Part shown: piece by piece, positions 1 to 8,510 of the stretch | Position numbering within the stretch: the stretch's first letter is position 1 | Layout: each line of letters opens with the position of its first letter | Virus record (IMG/VR): IMGVR_UViG_3300045988_130114 | Coordinates: 1 to 64,000 of that record | Direction: 5' to 3' (one strand) | DNA from: a virus | DNA length: 64,000 bases | Translations under genes and position numbers: made by a program | The notes under the pieces: generated by a model | Seen by the model: only the letters and a program-made list of their open reading frames with translations | Database searches by the model: none | What the model was told of the DNA's origin: nothing

Positions 1-2
1 CC

Positions 3-350
3 GGTAATCCCAACACTCCGGTCGATACCCTTGTCGAACTGTCGAAAGATAGCGAATGTGATGTCCGCCGCAGTGCCGCTGGCAATCCCAACACCCCGGG
101 GTATACGCCATCCGATGAAGAGTTCATAATCACAGAGACCTATGTAGTCATCAAGGGTACAAATCATTTATGGTACAAGCATAATTACCCAAACGTTGCT
201 CCGTTTTATACATGCGGTTGTTTCTGCGGTTCTCGTGAGCAACTGATTTCAAGAATTTACTCAATTGATAATCTTTCCATCGATCCTGCTGTAAGAATGA
301 GGATTTTGAACGTTTTAGACCGTAAATTTGAAGAAATATTCGGAAGATGA
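3..350 (+). CDS. 3' end of a gene truncated by the window edge; LRV (leucine-rich-repeat-variant)-like repeats
   Basis: Open frame from nt 3 to TGA 348-350 (absent from ORF track because it has no start in the window). The translation carries two GNPNTP..VRRSAA-type units typical of LRV/HEAT-like repeats. Confidence 0.45.
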   Translation, partial: GNPNTPVDTLVELSKDSECDVRRSAAGNPNTPGYTPSDEEFIITETYVVIKGTNHLWYKHNYPNVAPFYTCGCFCGSREQLISRIYSIDNLSIDPAVRMRILNVLDRKFEEIFGR

Positions 351-414
351 TTTATTGCTAACAGAGCTCTTGTTAATCCTTGAAAAACAGGGATTAACGT
401 AAAACAAAATAGAT

Positions 415-630
415 ATGAAAAAGATAGTTGGAAAAATACATATTTATAAGGTATTACCACCTTATAAGAATTGGTATAGCATCATGACTGATGATGGGTT
501 AAATCGTAGTAATATCATAGTTGTTGGCAAAAAGCAATTATTGAAAGTCGCTTTAGCATTAATTATCATGGTGCTATTTAATAAAGGGGCTATTTTGAAC
601 AAATTCAAAACAAAATCAAGAAATGAATAA
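415..630 (+). CDS. hypothetical small protein
   Basis: ORF track; 8-nt overlap (ATGAATAA) with the next ORF suggests coupling; no motif recognised. Confidence 0.35.
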   Translation: MKKIVGKIHIYKVLPPYKNWYSIMTDDGLNRSNIIVVGKKQLLKVALALIIMVLFNKGAILNKFKTKSRNE

Positions 631-820
631 GATTAAGATAAAAGGATTATCCGATAAACGGTATGCAATGTCTGAATTGGTTGCCGATGCTTATCGGCTC
701 AATTCTAACAAAATCTCCATTTTGGCTGCAACTGTTGAACTTTTAGCAAAAGGTACTCAACATCAAAAGGATGCAGAAGAGATTATAAAAGGGTGTTATC
801 CACAATATTACAATGATTAG
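623..820 (+). CDS. hypothetical protein
   Basis: ORF track, ATG start, co-oriented with neighbours. Confidence 0.4.
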   Translation: MNKIKIKGLSDKRYAMSELVADAYRLNSNKISILAATVELLAKGTQHQKDAEEIIKGCYPQYYND

Positions 821-905
821 TAACAGTCAGAAACGGAATATTATAACTTTGGTCCCTTTTCAAATCTTGCAGAACAAGCGGTAAAACGGTCTGACGCACT
901 TCTGA

Positions 906-1088
906 ATGAGTTGTCAACGAATAAATAATCAAAACAAAGTGATGAAGAAAAGAAATACAAAAAAAGGAGAGTTTATATGTCGTAGACAAAAGCCCTCTGA
1001 TAAGTCTTTTTCTCTCAAAGAATGCTACCGGCTTAACGGCTGGAAATATGAAGAACCTGGGAAGAGAAAAAATAACCTCAAATATTAA
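906..1088 (+). CDS. hypothetical basic protein
   Basis: ORF track only; K/R-rich; fills an otherwise empty 290-nt gap. Confidence 0.25.
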   Translation: MSCQRINNQNKVMKKRNTKKGEFICRRQKPSDKSFSLKECYRLNGWKYEEPGKRKNNLKY

Positions 1089-1108
1089 TAATTTAATTTT
1101 TTTACATT

Positions 1109-1483
1109 ATGAATGAAATTTATTGGATGACCGTAGTTGGTAACCTGTCCACTGCGTTTATGGTCGTATGGATTGTAGCTTTGATAGTTATCGTTACCAT
1201 GCTGTTTGCTCTGCTGGTAACGGAAGGTGATATGATAGAAGATGAGGGTGGAAAACACAATTTTTTTAAATGGTTGAAACGCTTTGTTGTCTGTGGTGTA
1301 ATAGCAGCGATGGCGAGTATTTTCATTCCATCGACTAAAGAAATGCTTCTTATCTATGGTGTCGGTGGCACGATTGACTATATCAAGACGAATGATACGG
1401 CAAAGCAGCTTCCGGACAAGTGTATCAAAGCGCTTGACCGTTTTGCAGATAAATATATTGACGAACCTGAAAAAGACAAATAA
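1109..1483 (+). CDS. membrane protein (two predicted TM helices)
   Basis: Hydrophobic segments VVGNLSTAFMVVWIVALIVIVTMLFALLV and FVVCGVIAAMASIFI. Confidence 0.55.
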   Translation: MNEIYWMTVVGNLSTAFMVVWIVALIVIVTMLFALLVTEGDMIEDEGGKHNFFKWLKRFVVCGVIAAMASIFIPSTKEMLLIYGVGGTIDYIKTNDTAKQLPDKCIKALDRFADKYIDEPEKDK

Positions 1484-1485
1484 TT

Positions 1486-2103
1486 ATGGGAATGCACACA
1501 TGGTTTGAATGTAAAATCCGTTACGAGAAAGTAATGGAAAACGGAATGCAGAAGAAAGTGACGGAACCTTATCTGGTAGATGCACTCAGCTTTACAGAAG
1601 CAGAAGCACGTATTATCGAGGAGATGACTCCATTTATCACAGGAGAATTTACAGTATCGGACATCAAACGTGCCAACTATAGCGAACTTTTCCCCAGCGA
1701 TGAAGAAAGCGCTGACCGCTGGTTTAAGTGCAAACTGATCTTTATCACCCTTGACGAGAAAAGCGGTGCCGAGAAAAAGACTTCTACCCAAGTGTTGGTT
1801 CAGGCTTCCGACTTGCGCGACGCAGTGAAGAAACTGGACGAGGGCATGAAAGGAACCATGGCAGATTATCAGATCGGCATGGTAGCTGAAACTCCTATTG
1901 TAGACGTATTCCCTTATGAAGTCAAAGGGGAAAGTAATGTAACAGAAGATAAAGAGGTAGTTCGTTTTATTAATAAGTTCCCTGAAGGGCAATGTACCGA
2001 AACTACAGTAGGTGGCAAACCGATTATTGTTGATAAAACTGGTGGTAAAACAAAAGTAATCCCTAACAATAAATCAGATACTAATGAAGGAGATCAACAG
2101 TGA
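1486..2103 (+). CDS. conserved Bacteroidota phage protein, DUF4494-like
   Basis: N-terminus HTWFECKIRYEKVMENGMQKKVTEPYLVDALSFTEAEARIIEEM recalled as the DUF4494 signature; family assignment from memory only. Confidence 0.55.
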   Translation: MGMHTWFECKIRYEKVMENGMQKKVTEPYLVDALSFTEAEARIIEEMTPFITGEFTVSDIKRANYSELFPSDEESADRWFKCKLIFITLDEKSGAEKKTSTQVLVQASDLRDAVKKLDEGMKGTMADYQIGMVAETPIVDVFPYEVKGESNVTEDKEVVRFINKFPEGQCTETTVGGKPIIVDKTGGKTKVIPNNKSDTNEGDQQ

Positions 2104-2201
2104 AGAATATTTGCCAGATTGGGAGATAATTGAAGGTTGATACAACAGAGAGGAAGGATGAATATTACTCGTTCCTCTCTATAATAGTTAAAGTAAAATA
2201 T

Positions 2202-3029
2202 ATGGCAACAGATTTAATCTTATCTAAAGAAAGTAGCGAAAGCGAAATCAATGCGTATTTCAATGTAGTGTTAAAGTTATCACAATCTGATAACGAGTTC
2301 CCAATCAACCTTGATGAGGTGTGGCCTTTGGTTTACTCTGAAAAGAGTAAGGCGGTAAGAGCTTTAAAGGAAACATATATTGAGAATGTGGATTATATTC
2401 CACTCGCCCAAAATGGCGAACGGTGTGAGGATGGTAAATTCAATGGAAGTAACAGAATTGACTACAAACTTACTGTATCTTGTATGGAGTTCTTCATCGC
2501 CCGCAAGGTCAGACCGGTATTTGAGGTTTATCGCCAAGTATTTCACCAAAGCGTCTGGAAAGTAATCGAAAACCAGAACAAACCCAAACGTGAACCATCA
2601 CTAACAACTAAAGTCCGCGTTGGTCTTGAATGGGTAAAAGGTGTAAGTGAAGTGCTTAACTTGAATGATTCTTCCAAACTATCTCTAATTAGCAAGGTTG
2701 CTGCACCTCTTGGACTTCCTACTCCGGATTATATCCAGTCACATGGTATCCTCAAATCCGCTACTGAATTACTCAAAGAAGCGGGTTTGTCCATCAGCGC
2801 ACAGGCATTTAATCAAAGAGCGATTCAGAAAGGTATCTTGTGTGATATGAAAAGGAAATCATCAAAAGGTAAAGATAAGCATTTCAAATCCATAACCGAA
2901 TCCGGGCTTGCGTATGGTGAGAACCAAGTCAACCCTAATAATACCAAAGAAACACAGCCGCTTTGGTATGAAGAGAAATTCAATGAGTTATTGATGTTGC
3001 TTGATTTTAAACTTGCTAGGGTATTATGA
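2202..3029 (+). CDS. AntA/AntB-like antirepressor-type DNA-binding protein
   Basis: ATG at 2202 preferred over the TTG at 2130. The pattern NLDEVW..(x)..DYKLTVSCMEFFIARKVRPVFEVYRQVF resembles the AntA domain. Confidence 0.5.
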   Translation: MATDLILSKESSESEINAYFNVVLKLSQSDNEFPINLDEVWPLVYSEKSKAVRALKETYIENVDYIPLAQNGERCEDGKFNGSNRIDYKLTVSCMEFFIARKVRPVFEVYRQVFHQSVWKVIENQNKPKREPSLTTKVRVGLEWVKGVSEVLNLNDSSKLSLISKVAAPLGLPTPDYIQSHGILKSATELLKEAGLSISAQAFNQRAIQKGILCDMKRKSSKGKDKHFKSITESGLAYGENQVNPNNTKETQPLWYEEKFNELLMLLDFKLARVL

Positions 3030-3433
3030 CATACGAAGAAATGAAAGCTAAATATTGCGGAACCAATATTCGCAGAAAGCCAAAAAGTGAAGAACATAAT
3101 ATACAAGCATCTTGTGTTAAATGGTTTCGCAACCAATACCCCCAATTAAGAAACATCTTATTTGCTGTTCCTAACGCAGCAAGAAGAAGTGCTAGAAACG
3201 GGGAATACATGAAAGAAGAAGGGATGCTTTCGGGAGTTGCAGATCTGATACTTCTTAAAAGTAATCGTTTCTACGGTGCTTTGTGTATAGAAATGAAAAA
3301 GCCAGGTGAGTACCAAAGACCGGTACAAAAAGAATGGCAAAAGGAATGCGAGGCGGCTGGAAACAAATATGTCGTTGTCCGGTCTTTGGAGGAATTTATA
3401 GAAGTTGTGAATGGTTACTTAGCAGAAATATAA
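3026..3433 (+). CDS. VRR-NUC domain nuclease
   Basis: PD-(D/E)xK signature GVADLILL...ALCIEMKKPG..QKEW, about 135 aa, typical VRR-NUC size; 4-nt overlap with the upstream gene. Confidence 0.85.
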   Translation: MTYEEMKAKYCGTNIRRKPKSEEHNIQASCVKWFRNQYPQLRNILFAVPNAARRSARNGEYMKEEGMLSGVADLILLKSNRFYGALCIEMKKPGEYQRPVQKEWQKECEAAGNKYVVVRSLEEFIEVVNGYLAEI

Positions 3434-3438
3434 ATATT

Positions 3439-4092
3439 ATGGAAACGGAATTATTTAAAAACAAGACAATGAGTTCGCTTGAGATTGCCGAACTTACAAG
3501 CAAACAACACGCCCATGTTATGCGTGATATTCGCAATCTATTATCACAAGGAGTAGCCGAATCCAATTTTGGATTGGCGGAATATTCGGATAATCAAGGG
3601 AAACCAAGACCATGTTTCAATCTCACCAAGAAAGGTTGTCTGATCCTCGCATCCGGCTACGACGCAGTACTCCGTGAAAAAATTATTGATCGCTGGGAAT
3701 CCCTCGAAACAGGTAAGGCTGAACCTATGGCTAAACAGTCTCTTACTCCTTCCGAGCTTATTCTCCAACTTGCGCAATTCAACGTTGAGAATGAACGTAA
3801 GATGAAGGCTTTGGAAAGCAAGCAGGAACAAATGCAAGCGGAGATTGAGGAAATCAAGCAGCGTACTACCACGGACCTGCACCAATCCACAATCGTAGCC
3901 TACATATCAAGAAACAGTATCAAACTGGATGTCTCACGCTACGGAGCGATGGGACGGAAAGCGTCAGCTCTCTGCAAGAAACGCGGTGTTGAGCCGACAA
4001 AAATCCATGATGTCCGTTGGGGAACAGTGAAAGTTTACCCCGATGAGATACTTGATGTTGTTTTTGGAATGGGGATTTCAAATATAAACTAA
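3439..4092 (+). CDS. Rha-family phage regulatory protein
   Basis: ATG 3439. MSSLEIAELTSKQHAHVMRDIRNLL matches the Phage_pRha N-terminal motif. The C-terminal module is shared with 8511-8915. Confidence 0.75.
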   Translation: METELFKNKTMSSLEIAELTSKQHAHVMRDIRNLLSQGVAESNFGLAEYSDNQGKPRPCFNLTKKGCLILASGYDAVLREKIIDRWESLETGKAEPMAKQSLTPSELILQLAQFNVENERKMKALESKQEQMQAEIEEIKQRTTTDLHQSTIVAYISRNSIKLDVSRYGAMGRKASALCKKRGVEPTKIHDVRWGTVKVYPDEILDVVFGMGISNIN

Positions 4093-4103
4093 TAAATAGA
4101 AAA

Positions 4104-4364
4104 ATGAAGAAATACGAATATAGAACATTTCTACTTCGTCCTATGGACGATGGTTATAGGCATAATTATCAAGAATACACTACTGATAAACTCAATGTTT
4201 TAGGTAGCCAAGGTTGGGAAGTTGTATCAGAACTATCGTCAAGTTATGATGGCATAATGCTATTGTTGAAAAAAGAAATATTGGATGAAAGAATAGAATC
4301 GAATATCGTTCCTCGTTCCTTTTCTGGGTTTCATAAGTCTTCTGATAATGATGAAACCGAATGA
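4104..4364 (+). CDS. DUF4177-like small protein
   Basis: KYEYRTF...LNVLGSQGWEVVS...LLLKKE pattern. Confidence 0.4.
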   Translation: MKKYEYRTFLLRPMDDGYRHNYQEYTTDKLNVLGSQGWEVVSELSSSYDGIMLLLKKEILDERIESNIVPRSFSGFHKSSDNDETE

Positions 4365-4510
4365 GTTGCAAGAATGGCATAAGCTATCAGAAAAGCTTGT
4401 TGCATTTACGAGTAATTGTAGTGAAGATATAAAACCTTACATCGTTGGACAATTGCAGGCTTTGTTAGAAATATTGTCTGCGCAAATTGATTTTGAAAAA
4501 TAATCATATC

Positions 4511-5269
4511 ATGAGAAAGAAAGCAGAAATTAAAAAGTACGATGCTAACGTATTAGATACGATTGGCAAGGACGGTGATCTGTTGTCACTTACTGATTTG
4601 TGGAAAATTGCAGGCTCACCAAAAAGCAAAAATCCCAACGATTGGCTTAGACAAGATATTGCATCTGAATTAGTTAATACGGTATCCGGGATTTTAAATA
4701 CGGTTTCAAACCGTATTATAAAAACAAAGCGCGGTAAATTAGGTGGTTCGTATGCCCATAGACAAATAGCTCTTGCTTATGCAAAATATCTTGACCCTGC
4801 GCTTCATGTATTAGTCAATGAGGTTTTCTTTCAAAGAATAGAAGAAGAAAAGAACCCCGATTTGATAGGTCAACGATATATTAAAGCTTATAAGAAAAGA
4901 GGCAAAGACAACAAATGGATTTCTGAAAGACTAAAATCAATAGATTCACGTAACGAATTTACCAAGACGCTTGCCGCTCATGGAGTGACAGGAGAAGGTT
5001 ACAGAAATTGCACAAACGCAATATACGAGCCCTTGTACGGTGGTACGGCATCGGTCGTTCGTGAAAAGAAAGGTTTAATCAAAGGTCAAAGCGTTCGTGA
5101 TAATATGTCTCGTGTAGAACTTGCCGCTGTTGGACTTGCTGAAGCGCTCGCTTCCGATGAAATAGACAAAAAAGATATACGAGGTAATGGTAAGTGTGAA
5201 GTTGCTAGCAGAAGGGCATCACGCTCTGTTGCAAATGCTCTGATAGATCATAAGAAATATATTATATGA
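4511..5269 (+). CDS. KilA-N domain DNA-binding protein
   Basis: ATG 4511. LSLTDLWKIAGSP..NDWLRQD...GGSYAHRQIALAYAKYLDPALHVLV fits the KilA-N fold motif. Confidence 0.65.
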   Translation: MRKKAEIKKYDANVLDTIGKDGDLLSLTDLWKIAGSPKSKNPNDWLRQDIASELVNTVSGILNTVSNRIIKTKRGKLGGSYAHRQIALAYAKYLDPALHVLVNEVFFQRIEEEKNPDLIGQRYIKAYKKRGKDNKWISERLKSIDSRNEFTKTLAAHGVTGEGYRNCTNAIYEPLYGGTASVVREKKGLIKGQSVRDNMSRVELAAVGLAEALASDEIDKKDIRGNGKCEVASRRASRSVANALIDHKKYII

Positions 5270-5406
5270 TTATCATCCACAAAACCATGTACGAATATTA
5301 AACTAATAATAAGCCTGTGTCGATTGGCTCAACTCCTATTATCGGCAAATCGTTCTTTGACATTTTGTTTTCAGCTTTTAATCTTCCTTATATTGCATAA
5401 CTGCAA

Positions 5407-5437
5407 TAAAAAAGCGTCACTCTACATGACGCTTTTC
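5407..5437. terminator. bidirectional intrinsic terminator between convergent operons
   Basis: 7-bp stem AGCGTCA/TGACGCT (5413-5419 / 5427-5433) flanked by an A-run on the left and a T-run on the right. Confidence 0.55.
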
Positions 5438-5463
5438 TATTACAAATTTAGTATTATTGATTA

Positions 5464-5568
5464 TCAAAGGCTGTTAAGCCATTTTTTACCAGACTTGGTA
5501 TTAAGCCAAATAGCTATTCCAGCCCCTACGGCGCTAGTAAACATGAATATTATCGTTAATCCGTTCAT
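5464..5568 (-). CDS. 34-aa single-TM micro-protein (paralogue B)
   Basis: Hand translation MNGLTIIFMFTSAVGAGIAIWLNTKSGKKWLNSL*; below the ORF-track size cut-off; paralogous to 5575-5679. Confidence 0.45.
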   Translation of the reverse strand: MNGLTIIFMFTSAVGAGIAIWLNTKSGKKWLNSL

Positions 5569-5574
5569 AATATT

Positions 5575-5679
5575 CTATAAATTCTTGATCCATTTCTTCC
5601 CGGATGGAGTTTCGGTATAAATCAAGAATAGCACCGCTATAACAGCCAACACAACAAATACAAATATTCCTGCATTCAT
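5575..5679 (-). CDS. 34-aa single-TM micro-protein (paralogue A)
   Basis: Hand translation MNAGIFVFVVLAVIAVLFLIYTETPSGKKWIKNL*; starts 7 nt after the stop of 5686-5931. Confidence 0.45.
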   Translation of the reverse strand: MNAGIFVFVVLAVIAVLFLIYTETPSGKKWIKNL

Positions 5680-5685
5680 ATCAAT

Positions 5686-5931
5686 TCATTTTAATAAGTT
5701 GTTTCCAATTTTCGCCCATGAATAAGCTAATATACAACCAACAAGTAACATGATTAAAAGTTTTAAGTTTATAACGCTACCTTGAAAAAATAGCACCATA
5801 CCACCAAGAACCAAAGCTGTATATGTTAATTGTGAAAGATTAAAGAAATACCCTGCAAGCTTTTCCCGCCTGGTCTTGTCTTTCTCCTTTCCTTCTCTTT
5901 TTTCTTCTTGTCTTTCGCTCCAGCTACCCAT
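5686..5931 (-). CDS. small membrane protein (charged N-terminus, two TM helices)
   Basis: ORF track; EEKREGKEKDKTRREK followed by two hydrophobic helices. Confidence 0.55.
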   Translation of the reverse strand: MGSWSERQEEKREGKEKDKTRREKLAGYFFNLSQLTYTALVLGGMVLFFQGSVINLKLLIMLLVGCILAYSWAKIGNNLLK

Positions 5932-6052
5932 GTTATACTGTTATATGTGTATCACAATGCAAAGTTAGCAATTCCATTTGAGAATTAAGTCACAAAATAG
6001 TTAAAAGAAAATGTTAGGTGTTGGTTGTATAGTCACTTTTAAAAATTATTAT

Positions 6053-6060
6053 TATATTTG
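6053..6060 (+). promoter_or_regulatory. Bacteroides-type -7 box TATATTTG
   Basis: Matches TAnnTTTG in the divergent intergenic region upstream of the Bro-N gene. Confidence 0.35.
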
Positions 6061-6209
6061 CCATGCGTTGGGTTGTACTTATTAAAATTAGAATTAATCA
6101 GAGGATTAAGATATAGAAAGCTGTGTAGGTCACAACCCCCTGCATGGCTTTCGCCTTTTTATCTCCGCATGAAGAAGTGCGGTACGTCCTCGAACGAAAA
6201 GACATTATT

Positions 6210-6911
6210 ATGGACAACATTCAGATTTTTAAGAATGAATCGTTTGGTGAAGTGCGAGTAGCCGGAACAAGTGAAGAACCATTATTCTGCTTGGCAGATG
6301 TTTGTAAAGTGCTTGAGTTAGGAAATCCCAGTCAAGTAAAAACAAGACTTTGTGGTGAGGTCATTACTAATGAGGTCATCCCGGACTCTCTTGGTAGACA
6401 ACAAGAAATGATTTTTATTAATGAAGACGGTTTGTATGACGTAATACTTGATAGTCGTAAGCCACAGGCTAAAACTTTCCGTAAATGGGTAACTAGTGAA
6501 ATCCTTCCTTCAATCCGCAAGCATGGCATATATGCTACCGACAATGTTATTGACCAGATATTGAATAATCCGGATTTCGGCATTGAACTTCTCACTAAGC
6601 TAAAAGAAGAACGGTCGGCACGCATTGAAGCAGAGAAACAGGTAGCAGTACTAACTCATGTCAATAAAACCTATACATGTACGGAAGTTGCTAAAGAATT
6701 GGGGCTTAAATCGGCAATTGAACTTAACAACCGTTTAAAAGAACTTGGCGTACAATACAAAGTTAATCAGACGTGGGTGCCATATACTAAATACGCTACT
6801 CTTGGCTGGTTTGATATAAAGCAAGAGGTTGCTGACAATGGGCATATTATCTACCATAGAAAGATTACCGGAATTGGTAGACAAGGTATCATTAATCTTA
6901 TTAATTCTTAG
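6210..6911 (+). CDS. BRO-N / KilAC (ANT) antirepressor
   Basis: ATG 6210. IQIFKNESFGEVRV...PLFCLADVCKVLEL..(Bro-N) and QAKTFRKWVTSEILPSIRKHGIY, then a KilAC-like C-terminus. Confidence 0.8.
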   Translation: MDNIQIFKNESFGEVRVAGTSEEPLFCLADVCKVLELGNPSQVKTRLCGEVITNEVIPDSLGRQQEMIFINEDGLYDVILDSRKPQAKTFRKWVTSEILPSIRKHGIYATDNVIDQILNNPDFGIELLTKLKEERSARIEAEKQVAVLTHVNKTYTCTEVAKELGLKSAIELNNRLKELGVQYKVNQTWVPYTKYATLGWFDIKQEVADNGHIIYHRKITGIGRQGIINLINS

Positions 6912-6949
6912 CTGATATAAATAAAGGGATGCATTTGCATCCCTTATAT

Positions 6950-7279
6950 TCATCTATACATCGCGGTGCAGCTTATAAATAAGGCTATAATAGACACGAT
7001 AAGAGAAAGTATCCCGGCTATTACTCCGATAACAGTCCAGTTGATAGGGTTTCGTAAATTGGGATTCTCACAAAGGTAGTGTTTTCCTTCATCGGTGGTT
7101 TTGGCATCTTCTACTGCTCCACCTTCCAGATATGCGGCTTTTACTAGTCCTTTCCTTTCAAGTGATCGTACGGACAAGTTGTAGACGTGCAAAGGAAATA
7201 CACAAGGGCACTGACCGTTGAACTTATCAACGATCCTAAGTGTCTCTTTTTCCTCCTTAGTGAGTTTTATTCGTTTCAT
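6950..7279 (-). CDS. tail-anchored membrane protein, last gene of the repressor operon
   Basis: C-terminal TM INWTVIGVIAGILSLIVSIIALFI; 4-nt overlap with the upstream gene. Confidence 0.55.
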   Translation of the reverse strand: MKRIKLTKEEKETLRIVDKFNGQCPCVFPLHVYNLSVRSLERKGLVKAAYLEGGAVEDAKTTDEGKHYLCENPNLRNPINWTVIGVIAGILSLIVSIIALFISCTAMYR

Positions 7280-7701
7280 AGATTTACTTTTAATTCTATT
7301 CCTGCTAAATCAAAATATATGTTCTGAAGTTGATTCAGATATTCTATTTGCTTAAAAACTCTGTTAGAGCGCATTACTCCATAGAAGTTAGTACGAGTAT
7401 TATATAATATCCAGAAATCTTCTATAGTCAATAATCGTTGTTCTTTTATTTGGAATTCATAATACTCGACATTAAATCCGCACTTTAACAGCAATCCTTC
7501 TGTGAGAGAAATAGGTTCTACCGTAGAAATAGGAACTTCGCCGTAAAAAGTCCCACCATTTACATGACATTCCAGGTACAAGGAATTAAGACTAATGGCA
7601 TGTACTTTGCATATAGTACCTGCAGGTATTTCAACTCCTACGTACTGGTAATCTTTCGATAGCTTTACATAGTTGCCTAACCTTAGTTCTTTTGTATCCA
7701 T
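7276..7701 (-). CDS. hypothetical soluble protein, second gene of the repressor operon
   Basis: ORF track; starts 14 nt downstream of the repressor stop; no motif recognised. Confidence 0.55.
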   Translation of the reverse strand: MDTKELRLGNYVKLSKDYQYVGVEIPAGTICKVHAISLNSLYLECHVNGGTFYGEVPISTVEPISLTEGLLLKCGFNVEYYEFQIKEQRLLTIEDFWILYNTRTNFYGVMRSNRVFKQIEYLNQLQNIYFDLAGIELKVNL

Positions 7702-7715
7702 AGCTTGCTATTGTC

Positions 7716-8000
7716 CTATCTGGTTTCTGGCTTTAGTTCAACATTCACGCTAACAGGGAACTCGTTTCCGCAGTGTGGGCATTTTACAGAATGGGCGTTT
7801 GAGGGAAGCTGCACTTCTTCTGGGGACGCGAATAGCTGCCACATGGGGACGTTGAGGGCGGTGGCTATTTTTTCAAGTGTAGCAGTTGTCAATGATTCAG
7901 CTGCAACCATTTGTCTAACAGCAGATAGGCTTACATTCATTTTATCTGCCAATTCTTGTTGTGTGTAATGTTTCTCTTTTAAAAGTTCCTTTATTCTCAT
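7716..8000 (-). CDS. XRE-family HTH repressor (CI/Cro-like) with C-terminal CxxC zinc-ribbon-like tail
   Basis: YTQQELADKMNVSLSAVRQMV..ATLEKIATALNVP is a classic HTH_3 motif; CPHCGNEF at the C-terminus; divergent from the 8172 operon. Confidence 0.8.
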   Translation of the reverse strand: MRIKELLKEKHYTQQELADKMNVSLSAVRQMVAAESLTTATLEKIATALNVPMWQLFASPEEVQLPSNAHSVKCPHCGNEFPVSVNVELKPETR

Positions 8001-8044
8001 AATTATCTTTTTGATTTCAAAAATACAGATTATTTATGAAGAAT

Positions 8045-8058
8045 ACAGTATATACTGT
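8045..8058. promoter_or_regulatory. operator-like perfect palindrome ACAGTATATACTGT
   Basis: 14-bp perfect inverted repeat in the divergent repressor / early intergenic region. Confidence 0.5.
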
Positions 8059-8108
8059 GTTAATTTATGCAAAAGAAATGGTATATTATGACTGTTTTAT
8101 TTGGTGAT

Positions 8109-8126
8109 ATGCAGTAAATACTGCAT
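8109..8126. promoter_or_regulatory. operator-like palindrome ATGCAGTAaaTACTGCAT
   Basis: 8+8-bp inverted repeat sharing the CAGTA-N2-TACTG core with 8045-8058; abuts a TCTTTG -7-like box. Confidence 0.5.
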
Positions 8127-8171
8127 CTTTGCATCAAATAAAAGAACTAATAATAATTAACTCCTAAATAT

Positions 8172-8483
8172 ATGAAACGCTACAATTTATCAGAGATAAT
8201 GAAAAACGCTCACAGATCGTATAAGTATTCAGGCAAGAAGCAAGGCAAGACCTTCGGTGAATGTTTAAAGTCAGCATGGAGACTTGCCAAACTTCAATCT
8301 AACTTCACGGTAGAAGCGGTAAAAGAAAGAACTGATAAATACCTAGCAGAAAGACACGAAGCGATGAGCAAAACAGCTAAAGCTGCAATGCACGAAGGAT
8401 ACAATAACAAGAACATACCGGTATCGGCTTATTACAATGTAAATAGTACTGGTAGATTCGGTTCGCGCTACGTAGGTGATTGA
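8172..8483 (+). CDS. hypothetical protein
   Basis: ORF track; first gene of the rightward early operon. Confidence 0.5.
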   Translation: MKRYNLSEIMKNAHRSYKYSGKKQGKTFGECLKSAWRLAKLQSNFTVEAVKERTDKYLAERHEAMSKTAKAAMHEGYNNKNIPVSAYYNVNSTGRFGSRYVGD

Positions 8484-8510
8484 TTATTTGAATATTAAAT
8501 ATATAGAGTA

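Noticed and set aside
5324-5620. 98-aa plus-strand ORF.
   Set aside because: It spans the bidirectional terminator and lies antisense to the two 34-aa membrane ORFs. Its hydrophobic, low-complexity translation is typical of an antisense artefact.
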